DNA of 53,629 nt, the filler included, from Stramenopiles sp. TOSAG23-6 (lineage: Eukaryota): NCBI GenBank assembly GCA_900128565.1. It is 2 parts of 2 records of this genome, joined end to end, with 100 filler letters (N's around TTAATTAATTAA, not from the genome) between each part and the next. Parts side by side here need not be neighbours in the genome. Positions count along the whole stretch, not along the records: positions 26,891 to 53,629 come from LT635985.1; 1 more part is not named here. One strand, written 5' to 3'. The notes beneath the pieces were generated by a model, which saw only the letters and a program-made list of their open reading frames with translations, was not told where the DNA came from and did not search any database. Shown piece by piece: positions 47,801-53,629 of the stretch. The translations under genes and the position numbers were made by a program. Every line of letters begins with the position of its first letter. Positions within the stretch are counted from its first letter, which is position 1.

Positions 47801-48927
47801 TAAAAAATGATAAAAAATATGAAAACATCGTTCACCCAGCGCATAGTTGCATGTATTTTGGAAAAATATTTCAAAAAATTGTTAGGTACAAAATTTCGTA
47901 TGAAAAAAATTTCGATTTTTTTGTAAAAAAAAAAAATAGATAAAAAATTGAAAAAAAAAAACTAAAATGTACATATTCGTGTCACATCTAAAAAATAATG
48001 TTGGACAAATGCACCAACAATACAACCTTTTTTAAATAAAAGTTTCGTGAAAAGGCCAACACACGAAGCATTATCATTTTTGTTTGTTTTGGCATGTCCA
48101 AATGCTTCAAGGAGTGGCGAAATTCCACAAATTTTCTCTATAATTTTTGTTTGAGAATTTCTAACAGATCTGTCAAGACTTTTATTTGAAATTTTTACCA
48201 AATGATGAATTAAAAGATCATTGATAGTTGTCTTTCCAGAACCAGATTCCCCAGAGAGTACACAACTCTGATTATTCACGTTGCCATTTGTTCCGTATAA
48301 ATTTCTATATATCGTTTTTACTTTTTTATAAAAGTAGTTGATTCGAAGTTTTGAATGTTTTGGGTCATGATGAAGTGTTCGAGTATCCAACAAACTCATT
48401 TGAGGATTTAAACAAATAAGAATGTCACCAACACTTGTATAGGGTTGGTAATCTTCGACGAAGCGACGACCTAAAAGTCGCAGAAGACTAACGTTGCCAA
48501 AGCCATTTACTGTAGAAATATCATCAGGAATCATTTCAATGGGCAAGTCGTGAGAGTCATCATACGGACAAACCTCATCTAATGAAAATATAAAAGTATC
48601 ATTATGTTTTTGTTTTGATATTTGTATTGTACATGTATTATCATTATTGTTAGCAGATAACAAATATCCAACAGCAAACAACTCTGTACACGTTTTCACC
48701 TCAGGACCTTTGATGCAGGGACCTGGGCATTTGCCACGCTCTTGATACTCTTTAAGTTTAAGTTTCTCCTCATTATTATTTCCATTTTGTGGAAATCCAA
48801 TTGTTTTACTACTGAAATTTATACGATCTAGAAACTTAGTTCGATATGGATCGTCTCTGACAACATCTGCAGCAGAATACCAAGAACCTTTCTTGTCAAT
48901 ACCAGTGGGATAATATACTTTTCTCAT
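44849..48927 (-). CDS. Divergent myosin (motor + IQ), 4 exons (48927-47973, 47850-47618, 47495-45918, 45820-44849), about 1245 aa
   Basis: GESGSGKT, LEAFGHAKT, ERCFHIFY, LCINYANEKLQ, PHFIRCINPN, IQTAWRR. Confidence 0.92.
45821..45917 (-). mobile_element. Introner-like intron, GT...AT
   Basis: cat|GTACGTTTT...TACCTAAC...CCAACACAT|gga. Confidence 0.87.
47496..47617 (-). mobile_element. Introner-like intron, canonical GT...AG
   Basis: cgg|GTATGTTT...CATATCTAAT...CACAATACAG|gct. Confidence 0.88.
47851..47972 (-). mobile_element. Introner-like intron, GT...AT
   Basis: atat|GTACATTTT...CCAAAATACAT|gca; restores RICNYALGERCFHIFY. Confidence 0.9.
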
Positions 48928-49185
48928 TGGCTTACAATATTTTTATACCTATTTGTAATCTCGAAATAAAAAGGATACTGCTAAGACTTCACTTTGTGTG
49001 TGTATGTAAATAAGGTGTAACGTATACTTTGGAAACTAGTATACGTTAAAATTAAATCAAATACACGAAAAATGCTAAAAAATCAAAAAAAGAAAGAAAG
49101 AGGACATTTTTGTTTTATTTGATCTTTTACAAATCCCCTCAATCAACAACACTCATATCATCTTTGTTGTATTAAATTTTTACTT

Positions 49186-51387
49186 TTAGCCTTCTAATAC
49201 AAAAAATTGATTCGCAGCTTTTTGTTGCCGATCCAAAGTTGAATTTTGCTTGTTAATTCTTGGACGAAACGTGACAGGATCTCTTCTCAAGGTGACTCCA
49301 AGTTGTTTCAAGAAAGTATTAAACCCACACTCAATATCACTTGGTTTTTGAACTGTACATTCCACACTTGGTTTACCCTCAAAAGTAATGACACGATCAA
49401 ACAGACCTGACGCCATGAGTAAATCATGCTCAATCACAAAACCAGTAACACCAAGGTGATTAATAATCCATCTTCGAATGACTTTTGTGACTAAAGCACG
49501 TTGTTCACAATCAAGAAATGCAGATGGTTCATCAAGAAGATACACTTGTGCAGGAACACCAAGGCAAAGCACAATAGCTAGACGTTGTAATTGACCACCA
49601 GATAAAACAGATACTTTACACTTGACCAATTCATCCATACCAAGAGGTTTTAAAACATGTAAACGAAAAAAGCGATCAGAAAGACTTTTGTTGATACGAA
49701 GTTCCATGAGTTCTTGTACAGTTCCTTTGAAGCCACGTAATTTTGGTCCAAAATGTTGTCTCTTGAATGAAACACCTAAATCATGTAAAGACATTTTCTT
49801 ATTTTTACAAGTTAAAGGAACATTAGGGTTAGGGTTACGGACTTTAGCAAGACGTTGTTCTGCACTGCTGGATGGAACAGTAGGAGGATTCTTATCATCA
49901 CCCAATGCACCTGCAAGGTGCTTCATGAATGTCGATTTACCACAACCATTCTCCCCTAAAAGACCAATGATTTCTCCAACACGAAAAAAGCCCGGTTCAA
50001 TATTGAGAATAAACCCTGGAGTTTCGCTACAATTTTTATGTTTTTTCATGTGAATTTCACGAAGTCTTTTTACTTCATCCGGATGCGTTCCTTTTTTAAT
50101 ACGTAGACGAGGAGGACGTTGTGTAAGCTCAATCCGTTTTGAAGGATATGAGATACGATTATCACCTTTCTTCAACTTCCGGTTTGAAGATGTTTCTGAG
50201 TGTTGACCATTTTCTTCAAAAGCATCAATATTTTCAGTGCTTAAATTTTGTGGTGGTTTGAATACCAAAGGTTCTGCACGAAAACGAACATTTTCAGCTT
50301 GAAGGTACCCTGAAAGAAACTGGTTGATTCCACATCCAACATTTGAAGGTTGAGCAACAACTCCATAAGCGCTTGCTTCACCATACAAACACACAATTGA
50401 ATCAGAGACATAATCAAGAACAGATAAATCATGATCAACAACAATAACAAATCGAGTAGGTACGCGTCTCTTGTTTGAAATGTTATCTTTCTTTCCAGTA
50501 GATTCTTCAAGTAGTTCTCGTATAACGTGAGCCACCGCAATTCTTTGCTTTACGTCCAAAAATGCGGAAGGTTCATCAAAAAAATAAATTTGACGATCCA
50601 CCAGACAAGTACAAGCTACTGCCATTCGCTGAATTTCACCACCCGACAAATTACTCACGGTTCGATCAAGTATATTTTCAAGACCAAGTTGTTTCACAAT
50701 TTTATCCAGCATACCTCGCTCATCGCGTCTCTTCAACACATCACAAACTTTCATGTGTTGTAACTTTTTTACAAAGTTAGAATCAAGCTGTGGCTTTGTA
50801 GTCGGACAAATGCGATCTTCCAGAACACCCAACATATACGACTGAAGCTCTGATCCTCGGTAATATTTTACAATGTCCAACCAACCAGGAGCTTCAACTT
50901 CCGCTCCAAGGTTTGGTTTCAATCGTCCTGCCAAGATGTTTAGTATAGTACTTTTCCCAGTTCCATTAGAACCTAACAACCCAAGTACCGTACCTTTCTT
51001 TGGTGTTGGAAGACCATGTAGCCTGAAGCAGTTTTTACCGAAAGAGTGAGTTGTTGCTTGTAGACCAGAGGGTAGCTGTACAACTTTGACCGCCCCATCC
51101 GGACAACGCTTAGCACGCATTAGACAAGCTCCACATGCCTCTTCAATGATTACAATACGTTTCTTCTTCACAGTGATACATTCCGCAGGACATGATCGAG
51201 CAGCCTTTCTCAAATAATCGAAAGCTCGTGAATGTGGTTTACATAGATCTTGGTCAAGAATAGCAATACGTTTCTTCTCGACTTTGCCTTTCTGATTACG
51301 TCGAAGAGACGTCAAAGCCGAGGAAGCTTTAGCAGCGACGAGGAACCAAGGCCGCCAAGCCGGAAGCAGCAACTGCTTCAGCAGCAT
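49186..51387 (-). CDS. ABCE1: ABCE1/Rli1-like ATPase, divergent
   Basis: FRLHGLPTPK, GSNGTGKST, LSGGE, FFDEPS, GENGCGKS, LLDEPS, RPRINK. Confidence 0.85.
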   Translation of the reverse strand: MLLKQLLLPAWRPWFLVAAKASSALTSLRRNQKGKVEKKRIAILDQDLCKPHSRAFDYLRKAARSCPAECITVKKKRIVIIEEACGACLMRAKRCPDGAVKVVQLPSGLQATTHSFGKNCFRLHGLPTPKKGTVLGLLGSNGTGKSTILNILAGRLKPNLGAEVEAPGWLDIVKYYRGSELQSYMLGVLEDRICPTTKPQLDSNFVKKLQHMKVCDVLKRRDERGMLDKIVKQLGLENILDRTVSNLSGGEIQRMAVACTCLVDRQIYFFDEPSAFLDVKQRIAVAHVIRELLEESTGKKDNISNKRRVPTRFVIVVDHDLSVLDYVSDSIVCLYGEASAYGVVAQPSNVGCGINQFLSGYLQAENVRFRAEPLVFKPPQNLSTENIDAFEENGQHSETSSNRKLKKGDNRISYPSKRIELTQRPPRLRIKKGTHPDEVKRLREIHMKKHKNCSETPGFILNIEPGFFRVGEIIGLLGENGCGKSTFMKHLAGALGDDKNPPTVPSSSAEQRLAKVRNPNPNVPLTCKNKKMSLHDLGVSFKRQHFGPKLRGFKGTVQELMELRINKSLSDRFFRLHVLKPLGMDELVKCKVSVLSGGQLQRLAIVLCLGVPAQVYLLDEPSAFLDCEQRALVTKVIRRWIINHLGVTGFVIEHDLLMASGLFDRVITFEGKPSVECTVQKPSDIECGFNTFLKQLGVTLRRDPVTFRPRINKQNSTLDRQQKAANQFFVLEG

Positions 51388-51844
51388 GAAGGATCGTGGT
51401 TGTAGTGGTTACGCATGGAGAAGTCATGTTTAAGGATTTGGTCATTGTGATACAATTAAATTACTGTAGCTGTTTTGAGTTTTCTGAAGTTCGAACAAGA
51501 CAGAGAGCAAGGAGGAGGTGCGCATCATGTTTTTTAGTACACCGCGCGACCATTCATTCGATACCCGGTACCTTATAGTAAACTGACTTCACAATTATTC
51601 TTGTCATACTTAAATGATTAAATCCTCTTACTTTTCGTTTATTCAAGACAAGAAGACAAAATATTTTATAATCGCTTATAATAGGAGGAATAAATATGAC
51701 TTCGCTTTGGTACGACTTTTTGTACTTTTAGTACCTTAAGAAAATTTTAATCCAGTTGTAAGCCCTAATAGTAGTCTATTGCAATTCTACTATTCTTTGT
51801 ATACTCTTTGTATAATTTTTGTACTGATAACTTGATAACTTTGA

Positions 51845-52801
51845 TCATTCATGTTTTTCATTTTCTTTCCCATTGTGTTTTTTCTTATAAAAATAATACA
51901 TTCCACCTAAAATCATTAAGGTCATTATACCTAATGGAATGAGTGATGATTCATGTGGTACAATCAGTGAATATGGATCAGGACTATTTGTAAGTGTTAT
52001 GTATTTTGGAAAAATATTTCAAAAAAAAATTTTGAAAAATTGTTAGGTACAAATTTTACTATGAAAAAAAAAAAAAAAAAATTCAATTTTTTTTGTAAAA
52101 AAAAAAAAAAAAAAAATTCAATTTTTTTTTTAAAAAAAAAAAAAAAAAAAACGTACATAATTTCAGTAAATATTGGATCATCTAACATCTGTTGTTCCCA
52201 GATCAATTTTGTTGCTACCAATGGTTCTGCATAACACCAATTTACACCTCGCCAAAATTTACCTCCAAGAGCCCAATATTCTTGAACACCAATTGTTAAA
52301 TTATATCCAAGTATTTTGAAAAAATATTTAAAAAAGAAAAACCCTAAAATTTGTTAGGTACAACATTTTTATAAAAAAAATTTCGATTTTTTTGTTTAAA
52401 AAAAAAAATAAAACATACAATTAAATAAGGACTTTTGATATATCTATTTAATTCACAATGAATTAAAGTATCATCGGTTGAAGTTGATCTTTTTCCAAAA
52501 GCAAAACTATGGTCTTTGGAAAAATATTTCAAAAAAAATTCTAAAAAAATTTGTTAGGTACAAAATTTCGTATGAAAATAAATTCGATTTTTTTTTTACC
52601 GAAAAAAAAAAAAATAAAACATACATAACCAAATAAATTTAATCTTTCAGGATGACTTCGGATTCCACCAGTATAAGCAGGAAGATCTATTGGAACATCA
52701 GTATTACATATATTGTGAAACAGTTTGGAACGTTACATTGAATGATGAATTTCATTTTTTTTTTTTTTTTTTTTTTTTTTGGAAAAAAAATTTGTTTTAA
52801 A

Positions 52802-52832
<31 letters not shown>

Positions 52833-53629
52833 GAAATTTATGATGAAAACATACTCTTAACTTTACAACGCATCACAATTGAATTTCTAAAATAAAATGA
52901 TGTCCTAGAAGCATCACAGCATTGTAAACACCAACCAATATCTAAACCAGCTGGATTCTTTGTACTTAATGATGTAAATGAAAGAATATTAAAAAAATTT
53001 CAAATATTTTGTTAGGTACAAAATTTTCTACCAAAAAAAAAAAAAAATCAAAATTCATGATGAAAAAAACATAAACGTTGATGTCCAATGATAACCTTTG
53101 CCATCAAAGGGATTCCCGCCATTTTCATCTGCACGTGTACAATCAAGTTGACCGGGTAACCCATCATTATCAGTACTAGATAAATCATACATGTATTTTG
53201 GAAAAATATTTGAAAAAAAAATTTTGAAAATTTGTTAGGTACAAAATTACGTACGAAAAAAAATTTAGACTAAAAATTGAAAAAAAAATAAATCATACAT
53301 GGCACAAAAAGCTGGTTCCGGATCGTTTTGGTTGATATTACGCCTGCGTGGTCTAAATGAATACGCATATACTTTGTGAAAATATTTTAACTTTTTTTTT
53401 GTTTAGTATCTTAGGTACAAAATTTCATACCAAAAAAAAATATAGTTTGTGAAAATATTTTAATTTTTTTTTAGTATCTTAGGTACAAAATTTCGTACCA
53501 AAAAAAAAATTCATAATAAAAATGTACATCACACTGTGGATTATATTGACAAGCTAATTCACACCTCCGAGCACATGTATTTTGGAAAAATATTTCAAAA
53601 TTTACCAAAAAAAAAAAAATTGTTAGGTA
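51845..53629 (-). CDS. 3' part of a Cys-rich single-pass membrane protein, at least 8 short exons
   Basis: Exons 53574-53528, 53366-53299, 53190-53075, 52971-52855, 52707-52625, 52508-52419, 52308-52157 and 51998-51845 chain with matching phases. C-terminal TM segment; CELACQYNPQCDAYSF is PAN/apple-like. Confidence 0.8.
51999..52156 (-). mobile_element. Introner-like intron, GT...AT
   Basis: ttat|GTACGTTTT...CCAAAATACAT|aac. Confidence 0.88.
52309..52418 (-). mobile_element. Introner-like intron, GT...TT
   Basis: att|GTATGTTTT...CAAAATACTT|gga; TT duplicated. Confidence 0.85.
52509..52624 (-). mobile_element. Introner-like intron, GT...AT
   Basis: tat|GTATGTTTT...CCAAAGACCAT|agt. Confidence 0.87.
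52708..52854 (-). mobile_element. Diverged introner-like intron, GT...AT
   Basis: aaga|GTATGTTTT...TGTAAC...CACAATATAT|gta. Confidence 0.78.
52972..53074 (-). mobile_element. Introner-like intron, TT...AT (or GT...AC if shifted 2 nt)
   Basis: acgt|TTATGTTTT...GTACCTAAC...CATTTACAT|cat. Confidence 0.75.
53191..53298 (-). mobile_element. Introner-like intron, GT...AT
   Basis: ccat|GTATGATTT...CCAAAATACAT|gtatg. Confidence 0.87.
53367..53527 (-). mobile_element. Introner-like intron, GT...AT, with duplicated 3' module
   Basis: gat|GTACATTTT...(GTACCTAAG...TTCACAAA) x2...TATAT|gcg. Confidence 0.8.
53575..53629 (-). mobile_element. Introner-like intron, 3' half, ends AT
   Basis: TACCTAAC...CCAAAATACAT|gtg; the 5' end is outside the window. 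Confidence 0.8.

Noticed and set aside
51999-53629. Regularly spaced repeats resembling a CRISPR array
   Set aside because: Eukaryotic context, variable-length repeats and no cas genes; the spacers are in-frame exons.

Overview
AT-rich, gene-dense eukaryotic DNA. It is probably a stramenopile-like protist, inferred from the Tudor-repeat gene and TTAGGG-type repeats. Two contigs are joined by an artificial N/TTAATTAATTAA/N linker at 26791-26890. About 28 protein genes can be read, including a CaMK-like kinase, RRP5 (5' part), CPT2 (3' part), Tim8, Nup43, an SLC38 transporter, CTP synthase, TMEM260, a MATE transporter, SHMT, a divergent myosin and a divergent ABCE. The main signal is a family of 24 similar 89-183 nt insertions (one cut by the window end). 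All lie inside coding regions, in sense orientation. Consensus: GTAYGTTTT-(T-rich)-TTTCGTACGAAA-TTTTGTACCTAAC-(T-rich)-AAATATTTTTYCAMAATAC-NN. Precise removal restores reading frames and conserved motifs (SHMT NKN and GGTDNH, MATE LEWWAFE, kinase SGYHPF, myosin ERxFHIFY), so they behave as introns. However, only 1 of 24 ends in AG: 20 end in AT, 2 in GT and 1 in TT, and a few have GA or TT donors. The last dinucleotide usually duplicates the last two bases of the upstream exon, and the ends form short inverted repeats (GTAT...ATAC). This looks like a transposon-derived introner family spliced through a non-AG acceptor. Splicing is inferred from frame and motif restoration only; there is no RNA evidence. 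Secondary signals are enriched interstitial telomeric dimers, an RRP5/CPT2 chimera joined at an introner, a myosin with dead switch I/II residues and an ABCE with an eroded Fe-S domain.
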